DNA of 64,000 nucleotides from Phallusia mammillata. Taxonomy: Eukaryota. The stretch lies in NCBI GenBank assembly GCA_965637545.1, contig OZ281498.1, positions 7,688,001-7,752,000 on the forward strand. Reading direction: 5' to 3'. A program made the position numbers and the translations under genes. The notes under the pieces are model-generated. The model saw only the letters and a program-made list of their open reading frames with translations, was not told the DNA's origin and did not search any database. The first letter of the stretch is position 1. Each line of letters opens with the position of its first letter. Shown here piece after piece: positions 38,191 through 50,125 of this stretch.

Positions 38191-40829
38191 AAAACAAATC
38201 CTGTGCCGATGGCGAACACTTTTTATTCCACATTTTGGCACAAAGCACCATTTTGACGACTATCATTATATCCACAAATTGCTCGTTTAAAGCCTTTTGG
38301 TCAAGCTTGCGTAGCTGTAGTTTGCGACAAGGTAAACCCAAACTCAAATTTGAACACGAAAAAGCACTTTTGCAAACAACAGATGCGTTCTAGGAGCAAC
38401 GATAATCTTGTATCCATTCGCTAAAACGTTTGCCAATTTTTACAAGAATAACGCAACCATCAAGTCAATGTAAAATAAAAAATAATGAACCTGTTTAAAT
38501 AGTACCATACTTACCAACTATATATATCTCAACCGTCAGTTAAAGAAATAAATAACACGTACAGGCTTACCAAATGTCTTCAATGTGGAATTGGTCTTTA
38601 ACTGCAGCTTGCAACAAACCTGCCCTAAAACTTTCAAAGTCATTGCAACAGCTGTCGTTTTAATTTACCTGCTGCGAAGTCTGGCTGGAAAAGTCAAAAT
38701 AATCTGAAAAACATTTGCTCAACTTCTTGCATCATGCTTGCCTGCTTCTTAAACCCGTTTCCAACTTTTAAACCGTCAACTTTGCTATTGCATAAGTTTT
38801 GCTAGGTTGAAGAAACAATGACATTGCATTGTACTGTGTTAATTCATCCAAATAATGACAATTCCAATTTTCTTTGTCTTCGAAATTGTGACGTCGTCAT
38901 TTAAATATCATAAAATGGGGATCTATAAAGCACATATATTTAAGTTGTTATGCGCCTACGAAAATATACGCAACCAGTAAAATCGTGATAAATATTTCAA
39001 GAATAATAATTTGTTTGAAAACAGAGGAAACCTGCAAAAATTATGATAAATACGCAATTGTGCACTGGGCGTTCTGTTGCAAGTTTAAATTGTAAGATTC
39101 TTTCATTAAAAGGTTTTGACTGTAGAACAAGAGTATTTTCAACATGTACGGCAAAATGATGTGTATGTTTTCATAAAAAAAAAACGTTGTTATCTGTTAA
39201 CAAAAAGGTTAATATGATATTTGAAAATATATTTGCTTCGAATGATAACAGAAAATAAATTGATTCAAATAAAATCGACAGGACTTAATATCATTCGAGA
39301 AAATTCTAGATTAGTAGATTGTGATCTAATAGACCAGGTGTACAGGTTTTTTATTTCCATTAGATGACAATGTCAATTGAGGTGCCGAGAAGGACAAATT
39401 AAATCGTCGTATTTCGCGCATGCCCAATAAAAGCTTGCTCAACCGGCTTGGGTGTCTGTGGAAATTGCAAACGTCTTGAAAACAGTGGCGTCGGTGTCAA
39501 GACGCTTGTCGCCAGAGACAAAAGCTACACTAAATTAAGCCTCTTTGTCCGCCGGGCATGACCCACTTTGTAATGGCACAGAAATCTAAGTGTCCAGATC
39601 CCAAAACGACAAAGACGTGGTAGCCTGTCCAAGGCTTTGTTAACAAGTCGCCAACAGTCAAGGTCAAAGGCTCAGAATGGCCAGGGTGGCCTTTGTGGTG
39701 GCTTACCTCCGACAATGCAACCGCAGCAAAATACGCTTGAAGTTAAATTTCCGTCGTATGCATTGAAAAACAGTGGATGACTAATTTACCCCTTTGTGTG
39801 CCGCATTCTTTGAAAAACCAGGTCTTTAAATGCCTGAAACAGGGACCGATGTAACCCTGTAGCGATAATACTCGTTTAAACAGGACTAAGCTAAATAGGT
39901 CAGCTCTGTATGCATTAGAAATACGAGCCCTGTGTTTGTTGTAGCCCTTTTCCGCTAATAAGTAACATTTCCTCAAGAGTGTTAAGAATGTAAAGGAGCC
40001 CATAGGTTTTCTTGCAATTGTTTCATAGGAAACGATCATTTGGCACTAATTTTCAATTTAGTAATTGATTTATGAGTTCCTCAGCTCACTATTGTTGTTT
40101 GCATCGTTATAGCAGAACAAGCTTCAAAGCGCTAATATGGTTGGAAACTGACCTACATAATAATACAAGTACTGGGTAAGAACTGTAGAATAGTTTTCGC
40201 CAGCCAAAATAGTGGCATCCTATACCTTTTTGCGACCGCAAGCCCCACGTCCCAGATATCAAGTGCCTTTCCTCACATTTGCCCATTCAAAACCACCAGA
40301 CACAAGCCGTCGTGGGCAAGCAGTGGCGACAGTGGCAACTAAATCGGCATGGAAGGCGTCAAAATGGCCCTTGTAATTGCTTACTGTCAATTTCAAGCCG
40401 TCGCCTTTCACAAAAGAAATCCGTTTTTGGTGGTAAACCTGTACTTCCGATGCCACCCTAATGAGGTTTCAATTGTTGCAAGGCCTGCAAGTTGCCAAAC
40501 TCACTTGAGGGAATTTAAAGAGCTGGCATTACACCGTGGGAGCCCTAGCGAACCAAGGACACATTTTTTCGTCCCCTTTGGGAGATAAGTTTGTGTTGCA
40601 ATACAAAGCTTGCCCACTGTTAACTCGCGAATGGAATGCCTCAGCGGATATGATAGCGATCAGCTTTACAAATGGCCATTAGAAGTTGGCACTTGGCAAG
40701 GTGGAAGGAATTTCTACAAGCGGCTAGCTTTATGGCAAAGACGACATTTTACGACAAAGGTGCATTGGATTAATCTATTTTGCTGGACATCGACATAAAT
40801 GCCTACATTTTAGCACTGCTGCTTGCAAA

Positions 40830-41005
40830 TACGGAAAACGTCGGTTATTCCGGACCCGTTTGGACCAAACAAATTGCCCGGATTAGGCGAAGATCCGAAT
40901 TAACCGAAGTCGATTAGTTGAAGACTTACCACATTACAAATTAATCATTTGTACCTCAACCTTTGTCCGAATTGGACGAATCCGGTTTAACCGATGTTTA
41001 CTTTA
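40830..41005. mobile_element. Degenerate pogo/Tigger-like MITE
   Basis: Ends TACGGAAAACGTCGGTTATTCCGG / CCGGTTTAACCGATGTTTACTTTA resemble TA-flanked CAGTAAA.C.TCGGTTA.CCGG termini. Internal CCGGATTA/TTAACCGA repeats. Confidence 0.5.
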
Positions 41006-41699
41006 TGTAGGAAAACACGGTGTTCATGCAAGAAACGTTACAATAAAAAAGACATATTTGAAAGACACCTTAATTTCAGACAGTGGAATATTATTACAAA
41101 CAAATAGTTTATTCGGGGTCATTTTGTTTCTACCAACCATTCTTACCAAATTGTTTAGTGGTTGTGCATAAAAACACCCTTGAGGGCATAATTGCCTATA
41201 AAATGTGGGGTAGAAAATATTTCTTCTGCAGTGTTTACAATAATCCGTTTAGGGAATATGACGTCAAACATTTGTGTTGAAATCTAATGCTTGTGGATCA
41301 AATTTTTCCGCATTCCAGGGCGAGTTTATTTGTAAACAAGTATAGATAAACAAAAAAATAAAGTACCACCAAGTGATATAGCACCACCAAGAACAATTGT
41401 GACAGTGGACCAATAACAGATCATAATCTGAGCAACGTTTTATGTGAAAACGTTGTTCTTCACAGTATTTAATGTTTGTTACTTCACAGCATCATCTTTG
41501 TAACGTTACGTTTATCCTTACAAAATGTATTTTGTTAATTGTGACGTCATCAGGATCGTATTATCGCGCAGATTTCACATTTTTCGTTGATCTGTCATCT
41601 AGATTTTATGATCTGTCATCTAGATCTGTCATCTAGAATGATTTAAGATTTTTGAGTTTAAAGTAAATGTAAAACATGAACATATCAACTCGATCTTAA

Positions 41700-41800
41700 A
41701 AAGGTAGGTCTTTCACAACTTTTCTCCATGGGTTCGAATCCCCGAGTGCAAATATTACTGACTTTCTGTTGCTGTGTATGCCTTGAGACCATTCGATCAT
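41700..41800 (+). mobile_element. Possible degenerate tRNA-SINE fragment
   Basis: Perfect B-box GGTTCGAATCCC near 41731, followed by gtgtatgccttgagac reminiscent of SINE central domains. No A-box recognised. Confidence 0.25.
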
Positions 41801-44765
41801 TATTAACCTTCCATTTGATCTTGGTCCCTGCCATTAGGTGACCGAAGTTTCAAGGCATTTTTTATGGTTCGAAGGTTATAGGACCTATAATGCGCGACCT
41901 GCAAAGTTTGTCGGCAAAATAAAACGCCGGTTTCCCAAGCGCATTGGATAAATTTAAATACCCCGAGCGGCTATTTGATCCCACCTGTACCCGGCTCCCT
42001 TAGCCCCTATCTCCATGACGATTCGCCCCTGGGACAAAGCCCCCACTGCCGAGATGATTAGATTAACCCAAAGTGATTGTTTGTTCAGTAAGCGTGAACT
42101 AATGCCTAAGGATGCCGGTTTCTGACTTGAATAGACCTGAAAGTGGGTGAAATTAAGCGAAGCTCTATAGAGCTTCATACAAGTTACATGAAGCAGTTAC
42201 AAGCTTGAATGTGCGGTTAACAAATGGGGTCACTTTCCTTTGTTTACCTTCCTATATACCAACATGGGTGGGCATATTTGGGCGATTAGTTTGTCAACAT
42301 TAAATCGTTTTGGGTAAGAACTTAAGCCATATAGGTATAAATACATTTTGGCAAGATCGGCGAATAACTTGTTTCCAAACCTCTTCAAAAACTTTCTGTG
42401 CAGCGTGAATGTTATTTCAAAGAAAAGCAACTGTTGAATAAACTGTTATCCATAGTGTTTCGAATGGTCACAAAATGTATGTTGACTAAGATTGCACAAT
42501 TTTGGAACGGAGTTAAAGGCCAAGGCTTGTGCATTCTAGTTTGGGATTAGCGACAATTAGCGATTTTTTAATTCTACAAAACTTAGTTATATAATGACTG
42601 ACTTAAATAAGAATCAAAACATTGCAACATCTTGGATCTTGGACTTGCCTCCTTTTTCTTTTCACTCCTGCTCCTGCTCATCCCACTCCTACTCCTAAGA
42701 GCGCATTTTTATGGCCGTCAGAATAATCAGCAGTTTCGGCGTTTACAGTCTGGGGTGATGCCGAGTTCAGGTCACTGTAGCGTGACGGGCAGGGGGCCTG
42801 ACGTAACTGCAGGCTTACTGAAGGCACAGTCTCTTGCTAGCAGATCAAAATAATAACAACATTCAAGCTCGCAAATTAACAGTTTTCATATTCGGGGCTG
42901 ATCCACTGGTCTTTTATCAACAGGCGGGTAGTTCTTGTTGTTGGACGACGTAAATGCCTTTCACATCACAATTATCTTTGCTGAGAAAATTCTTGCGCTT
43001 TGACCCTGAAATCAAGAGATTGCTCGTTTCGATGCCTTTAGCGTGATGTAATGGGTTTCGGAAAAGGTTAGATGTGTTATGTTACGTCGCGACCACCCAA
43101 ATCTCTAAACCGGTGGTTGTCAACGTAGGCGCAAACGCCCCACTGAAGGAGTTTGTAATGGTGAAGAGGCACTGGAAAAATCTTGTACAAGGTATTTTGG
43201 TCATATATCTGAAACAATTTGATGATATTTATTTTTCATACTGTCCCCTCCTAATATGAAGTTGTGTGTTATAGGGGGGAGAAAAACGTTTCTAGTTAGA
43301 AAAAAGGTTTGTGAAACACTGTCCAGAACACAGAATGGTGAACTCAGCATCTGTATAGACCTGCTGCAACTAAGTTTCCGACAAAATGGTGTTGTCTAAC
43401 ATAATGAATACCTTAACTGCCTATTTACATGCAAAAATTACTTTCAATGTCGATTTTGTGTTCGATACGGTATGTGAAGGCATAGACATAACGCAGTTTT
43501 ATTTGAAAAAATTGCCATCGTGCTGCAAACTTTTTTCCCTTGTTTTTGCCTTTTTGTAAACCCTTGGTATGTGTTCCATGATGGTTGAGCCGGTACGCGA
43601 ATAATTCATAATAATTCGGGTAATTTGAGGAGCGCCCGCCCACCGAACTGATCCGGAGTGCTTAGAGTTCAAATGCGGGATTTCAAGTTGGTTGCCTTTG
43701 CGAATCGCGCCCTTACCAGTGTGATAAATAATTTCATTTTAGAAATGCATTGTTGCTCGGTTTCAACCATATTTAACATTTCATAAACCCTGAGGGAAAA
43801 AAATTAAATAACAACACATCTTTAATGCATGAGTTTCTTGGGAATGCAAGGCCCTAGAAATTATCACCTTATATACATCAGGAAAGGGGTACCTTTTTGA
43901 AACTGCTGAGCCACAATGTCTCATTTTAGATCTTTCGGCCAATAACGTATAACCCACAAGTTTGATTTGACAGGGATTTGTAAGAAAGAAACCAAAGAAG
44001 ATTTTGCCTTTTATGAGAATTATCAGTCTCGAAAGACTCTTGTGGCGGGTACCAATCACACCGCAGGTCAGATTTTTCTATCCTATGCCTTGCCACATGG
44101 TAGTGAAAGCTTAGTGACCGGGTGGTCGGTATGACGCCTTTAATGGGCTTGGTGTGCTATGATTTATAACAACAGGATTCAACTTACCGCGAATACAGTA
44201 CTCAGTAAACCTAACCTAGTTGTCAACTTACATATGCACCAATGGTTGGTTCGTGAAGCATATCATGCACCCGTCTCCCACCAAACTGTGGAATGGGGTC
44301 TTCTTGCTGTTGTTGTTGATTTTACGCTTAACAGCCCGTCAAAGATGACGCCCACGCGGAAACGAGAAGCAGATGTAAGGAAAAGTTAAAGTGGTACTCA
44401 GTATGTTGACATGTTTTGTGGTAATGAGGCTTGTAATGACGGCAAGTCGGCTGGTGGTCACCACTGGAGATGAAAAAAGGTTTCCTAGAGATTGGTCGGA
44501 CAATATGTTGTAAATTCATGCAAGCCAGAAAATCTCATAAACTTTTAAGCAATTTCAGTATCCATAACAGCCATAAACCAGTTGCGCCATACCTGTGTGT
44601 TTTGAGTTTTATCTAACAATCATATTCAAATGAAATTACCCCTTGGGGCACAGCAGGAAGCAGACTTGACTCCCAAGTGCACTGATGTGCTCATATACGA
44701 CATCACTAAACTGACTTTAAGTCTTGTCAAGGGCCGGTCTTATAAGCTTTTGGATGTATTTAAAC

Positions 44766-44988
44766 CAGTGGTTCCCATAACTCTTTGCAGTATAGCGGAT
44801 CTCTTTTTCATACCATTAGGCCTGTGGCACTCCGACGGAAACGTTACCTAAAACTAGTTTGAAAATCTAAATTGGTCATAAAAAAGTGTACTTGATAGCT
44901 GGTGTTTGCATTTGTTGGTGTAGTTTTGGAACTTTAATGTTTCTGAACTATTAACAGACCCCTTGAAATAACAGTTTGGGAACCGTTG
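44766..44988. mobile_element. Old degenerate Buster-type MITE
   Basis: CAGTGGTTCCCATAAC ... GTTTGGGAACCGTTG. Flanks ATTTAAAC / GTTTCAAT (5/8). Confidence 0.5.
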
Positions 44989-45515
44989 GTTTCAATCAGA
45001 ATGTTGATGCAACCGTTTCCCCTTGTAACTACAAATCTACTTGTCCACCGCAGACTGTAAAATAGTAAAGATCCGTCAAAGAACTAATTGGCACACTTAT
45101 TGCCTTCTTTGTCCTCAAAACCCACAGCTTGTATAGGAAGCACTCCTTCAAATTATTGCTTTAAAGAAAACCAAGCATCGGTGGTGAAGTACCAGTAGCT
45201 AGGACTTGAGCGTTAGGCCTAATTTTAGATCAATCGATATGGGTCATCGGTTAGTGGACTTGACCTGACAAAGTTGTGACGTTCCGTGCCCTGTCGATGG
45301 CTCTTCATTGATCTCCTTGTCCTTGTTACAGTTGCCGAGTCAAGACACAAGCTTGGCGTCTGACCTAGACGTTTTAGACACACTAAGTTAAACGAGTGTT
45401 TTCTACAAAATGCCATTCGTCTTGTCCAGGGCTAAATCAGTGCTTTTGCCTTTTGAAATTTATTTCATTTTGCAAGTTAAAAACTCACAAACTTTCTAGG
45501 ATCTAGACTCTAGAG

Positions 45516-45825
45516 CAGGTGTCGGCAACCCCTGGCACGCGTGCCAAGGTTGGCACGTGAGGTGGTTTTTCGTGGCACGCCAACCGATTTGCGTGTTTAT
45601 ATTGAATTAACAATTTAACCTGTTACACTACTAGTTTATAGTTTTCATCATGCCATTGTGTTAAAATTCAGCCTTACATGCGCAAAACACTCTGCTTTCT
45701 CTTTATCATTGATATCTGCTGGCACGAACCACTATTATTTAGAAAAACGTTGGCACGCGAGGTCATTAACACATGGAAATAACACGTAAACTGGCACGCG
45801 TCGCCTAAAAGGTTGCCGACCCTTG
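45516..45825. mobile_element. hAT MITE A of the CTCTAGAG stack, 310 bp
   Basis: TIRs CAGGTGTCGGCAACC / GGTTGCCGACCCTTG, subterminal GGCACG repeats. Flanked by CTCTAGAG at 45508-45515 and 45826-45833. Confidence 0.9.
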
Positions 45826-46169
45826 CTCTAGAGCAGTGGTTCCCAACCGGGGTGCCGCAGCACCCTGGGGTGCCAATTGCAATGCTCAGGGGTGCCGCGA
45901 GATATTGATATTGCAATACTGAGACCCATTCTTTATTTTAACCCCATAAGTGCGGAATTTGTTTATTTCTAACCGAGTTTCAGTGTGAATTAAATTTCGC
46001 GTCTCGCAGTTATTCCCATCTCCATTCTGGAGAGTCACTTCGTGGGGAAGTCGTTGGTGGTAAGTAGATACTCCGCGGTAAGCCTTTGGATTTCTCGCCC
46101 AGGAAAAAAAAACAGAGTGAAATAGATTTCGACTCGTTGCGTTGCTTTCCATAAAAAAGTTTGAATAGC

Positions 46170-46460
46170 ATCATAACGATGGAAATTTTAAGCTTATGCA
46201 CAAGCAGATTCCCCTCGACGCGTTCTGGATAAAAATTTAAAATGAATATCCTTGCGTTAGAAAGAAAGCTACTGTGCTTTTGTTGCAGTTTTCCTCGCCA
46301 TACCTATGCGAGAGTGGATTTTTCGTATTAACGAACATAACAACTAAAAAACGAGAACGACTACTTATTGCCGAGGAAAAAATGCGGGTGGCTTTATCGA
46401 ATGTGCCTTCACATATTAATGGACTTTGTGCAAGGAGCCAAGCCTAAAATTTCACACTGA
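46170..46460 (+). pseudogene. Buster/Charlie (ZBED5/SCAND3-like) hAT transposase C-terminal dimerisation-domain remnant
   Basis: Frame reads NDGNFKLMHKQIPLDAFWIKI*NEYPCVRKKATVLLLQFSSPYLCESGFFVLTNITTKKRERLLIAEEKMRVALSNVPSHINGLCARSQA*, then after a 1-nt shift ISH*. This matches the family pattern FW...EYP...A...L.F.TTYLCE.GFS....KTK.R.RL...QAQ.SH. Contains stops and a frameshift. Confidence 0.88.
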
Positions 46461-46502
46461 TTTTTGAATAAATACATTTATTTACGCGCGCTGTACTATA
46501 CA

Positions 46503-46880
46503 CAGGGTTGCCATACCGTCCTTATTTCTAAGATTTGTCCTTATTTTGAAGGGCTGTGTCTTAGAATAGTGCATTGTCCTTATTTCTAAGAAATGTCCTT
46601 ATTTTTGACTGTAGTCCTTTCGTCTTATTTGCAACAATTACAAGTCAAATCCCTGCTACAAGTAACAGTGAGTCTAGACCTGAGCTGTCGTGAGATGCAC
46701 AAAATATTTTCTACGAACAACGAGTTGCTGGAACAGATTGTTTCTGGCAAAAATATTGCAAATATTAGGTCATGACTCGTATAAATTCCAAGATTTGTTT
46801 AAAAACGTTTGTTTCGTTTCGCCTAAAAATTTGATTTTTCGGTTGTCCTTATTTTTAGTTTCGAGTCGATGGCAACCCTG
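46503..46880. mobile_element. hAT MITE D (CAGGGTTGCCA family) nested in element B
   Basis: Perfect 11-bp TIRs CAGGGTTGCCA / TGGCAACCCTG. Perfect TSD ACTATACA (46495-46502, 46881-46888). Multiple internal GTCCTTATTT repeats. Confidence 0.92.
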
Positions 46881-47043
46881 ACTATACAACTCATTCTGTG
46901 TTGTTTTATACAGTTATTTGAAATACAGAGACCTCATAAAATTGATCCAGTTTTGCCAGGGTGCCGCAAACTATAGTTATAGCTATTTATCTCTTTGATA
47001 GGGTGCCACATGGTCAAAAAGGTTGGGAACCACTGCTCTAGAG

Positions 47044-47983
47044 CAGGGATCCGCAAATACTTTTTGGCGCGACCCTAAAAAAATTGCTCTAAATTATCGC
47101 GACCCAAGCATTTTGTTAGCATGTAAGTTTGTGGAAAATACTAAGTATTATGCTTTTGTCAGTTGCTATTTTCTTGCACAAAATAAAGCGAAACTCAGCC
47201 CATAAAAACAGTATAGGTTAATTAAACGTACGTATTTATTCAGCAAAATGGTAACAGAAAAGCACGACTACTTGCGCAGATACGCTTAACTTATTGCATT
47301 GTTACATAGCCTGTATGTAGTCATATGTAACAATGTAGTCATATGTAACAATGCAATAATAATTAGGTTGAAAAAGCTGAAAGTTCATTTATACCAGCGT
47401 GGTCCAACTGCAGGCCCGCGGGCCAATTGTGGCCCGCGAGATAATTTTGTTGGCCCGCGAAAGTCCCAACATTTCAAAGACAACCATAAGTTTTGTTTTC
47501 AATAATTCAATGTTTTCTTAGTGAGAGAATTAACACTTATTAAATACTGCAAAATCTCCTATTGTGACGAATGACAAGGCATTGTTGGTAATAAAGGGTT
47601 CTGCTTCTTTAAACCGTGCAGGGGCATTTTTTGCGCTAGAGTGGAAACTGAATGTTTTTGACAGCTTCTACTTCGTAAATAACTACAAAATATAAAAATA
47701 AACTTATCTATAGATAAAAAAGGTGTATAGGTGTATACCCTAGAGTTTAACCTAGAAAAAAAGTTTTTCCTGCAAAAATCTAAACCTTGGCCCGCGTAAT
47801 AAGTTAACGATTTTGAATGGCCCGCAACAAAATAAAGTTGGACCACCCTGATTTATTTTTTTTGATTTTTTATTATATAGATGCGATGCTTATTTTCATG
47901 GAAAATTTAAAATATCTTGCGACCCAGCCTGGAAGGTCTCGCGACCCAAATTTGGGTCGCGACCCACTATTTGCGGAGCCCTG
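47044..47983. mobile_element. hAT MITE C of the CTCTAGAG stack, with a nested MITE
   Basis: TIRs CAGGGATCCGCAAAT / ATTTGCGGAGCCCTG, subterminal GCGACCC repeats. CTCTAGAG at 47036-47043 and 47984-47991. Confidence 0.9.
47395..47850. mobile_element. hAT MITE E nested in element C
   Basis: TIRs CAGCGTGGTCCAAC / GTTGGACCACCCTG, subterminal GGCCCGC repeats. Degenerate TSD ATTTATAC / ATTTATTT (6/8). Confidence 0.8.
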
Positions 47984-48910
47984 CTCTAGAGAAACGTATT
48001 TTTGCAATTTTAAAATACGATGGATTGGAATTAGACTGTTGACATCTTAAACCTAAACGCACGACTAGGGTCTTTAATGTGAAATATAAATTAGGGTGAA
48101 CCTAATTCAACGCATTTAAGTAAACTTCGCAACCTACTTTAAGTTGACCACATGGCACTTGGATAATAATGTCAAGAGCCAAGTTTTGTCTCAAAGTTAT
48201 GAAACAAAAACACAACACGTTTTTCGACACGCATTTTGTTTACAAAACCTTTTCAACGCATTCACATTTTCGATTCTTGACACAATAAAGAATATCTCCA
48301 AGTATTACACATAAAGTTAACGATTAAACCGTTTAATAAATGAATGCAAAAACTTTTACTTCCAAAACGACTTGTTGACCCCTTTTAAAGCTTTACAATC
48401 AGGAGAAACTGTAGTTTAACACAGCGTTTAGCCTTCAAACGTACTTTCAAATCTTGTTTGCAAAGCAGGTAAACAAACTGGGTAGCGTTCAAACGAGGCG
48501 CTCAACTGGCATTTAAGATCGATAGGGACAACAGTGATTAATAGCTCAAAGACTGGTTCATTATCAAGAGGACAAACAACGGCATGGGGTCTATTACGTG
48601 ACAATCGGTTCTTTACTCCAACGAATGTGGGAACTTGTGGCATCAGGTGTTTCATATGATAAGGATGTACTATGTTGAATATTCGGATCTTTTGTACTCG
48701 GCACCTGGTAATACTTGACCTAAAGGTGTTGAAAAACTTGAGGAGCGAAGCTTAGGTGGTAAAAGTTTGAATATTTAGTGCACGCAGATAAATTACTTGT
48801 TGAGTGTTGACAAGATATATATATTAGAAGAGGGTACTGCATGATTTATTACACATCAAACCGCTGGTCTTCGTGACTTTCCTGTGTTGAAACTGTATAT
48901 TGGTGTAGAC

Positions 48911-49682
48911 CAGTGGTTGTTAACCGGTGTTCGATCGAACCCAAAACAGTTTAAACAGTTTTTGTGGTACTAAAAAGGGTATTACCAGCCTAGTAGCCAC
49001 ATGCGTCAGACCTTTTCTACGCCTATTGTGTGCAAACAATCCGAACAAAACAGGTACCACAAGCGTCATAATTTCGATTATGACATCATAAACGCTTAAG
49101 ACTGATCTTCATACTGTGCAGGTCAATCAGTGCACCAAGCTAGAATTTAATCTGGGCTTTTGGAGCGCTATTAGATGGTAAATGTATGATATAAACCAAT
49201 TATTTCAAAAACAAAAAAGATAGGTAAATGGCGGCCGTTGGTGAAATAAGAATCTGCGATGCGGCCGTCCTAGCAAAAAGGTTGTGCACCCCTGCACTAA
49301 GCTTTTATTTTCTTTTTTTGACGCAACAAAGAGCATTGTGCGCGTTGTTTGTAAGCAACAAAAACAACAAAACTTTGTTGGCAGCAAAAACGTGTTCATC
49401 TTTTTCATGTTTGTGAACAGATGCTAAAAATATAATGCTCCATTTTGAAGAAAACAAAAAGATGCCGCAATTAAGGTAATCCTGAAACAAGTTGCTTGTA
49501 TTATTATGTCAGAATTTAACAAAATGACAAACAGTAACTTGTTTCCACTACGTTCGAACAAAAACTAATTATGACTCACCAAACGAAATGGGTTAAAAAC
49601 CTAGGATGTTACTTTGGGGTTCGACCAAAGGCTAAAGAATATCGTAGGGGTTCGGCCGTGATAAAAAGGTTAAGAACCGCTG
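48911..49682. mobile_element. hAT MITE F, containing an orphan right TIR of another family at 49280-49294
   Basis: TIRs CAGTGGTTGTTAACC / GGTTAAGAACCGCTG (13/15). Perfect TSD GTGTAGAC (48903-48910, 49683-49690). Internal GGTTGTGCACCCCTG has no visible left partner. Confidence 0.85.
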
Positions 49683-49744
49683 GTGTAGACTTTAGAACTT
49701 TAGACTTAAAATGTTCATGCAATTTGGTTACAATGTGTTACATT

Positions 49745-50125
49745 CAGGGTTGCCATCGACTTGAAACCAAAAATAAGGACAATCGAAAAATGAATTTTTC
49801 ATACGAAACAACACAAACGTTTTTGGACAAATCTTTTACAGTTATACGAGCCATACCATATCATATGCAATATTTTGGCAAAAACAATCTGTTTCAGTCA
49901 CTTCTTGTTCGTAGAAAATACTTTGTGCATCTCACAACAGCTCAGGTCTATGTTTACTTTTACTTGTAATAGGGATTTGACCAGTAATTGTTGAAAATAA
50001 GACAAAAGAAGGACTCAAGTCAAAAATAAGGACATTTCTTAGAAATAAGGACAATAAACTTTTCTAAGACATAGCCCTTCAAACTAAGGACAAATCTTAG
50101 AAATAAGGACGGTATGGCAACCCTG
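49745..50125. mobile_element. Second copy of the CAGGGTTGCCA-family MITE, inverted relative to 46503-46880
   Basis: Perfect 11-bp TIRs. TSD GTTACATT / GTTATATT (7/8). AAATAAGGAC repeats are the reverse complement of those in element D. Confidence 0.9.

Larger units (their letters stand above)
45834..47035 (+). mobile_element. Internally deleted Buster/Charlie hAT element B of the stack, with a transposase remnant and a nested MITE
   Basis: Perfect TIRs CAGTGGTTCCCAACC / GGTTGGGAACCACTG, subterminal GGGTGCC repeats. CTCTAGAG at 45826-45833 and 47036-47043. Confidence 0.92.

Noticed and set aside
42159-42176. Perfect 18-bp palindrome GAAGCTCTATAGAGCTTC as a hAT excision footprint
   Set aside because: Only marginally beyond chance, with no adjacent TIR or comparative evidence.
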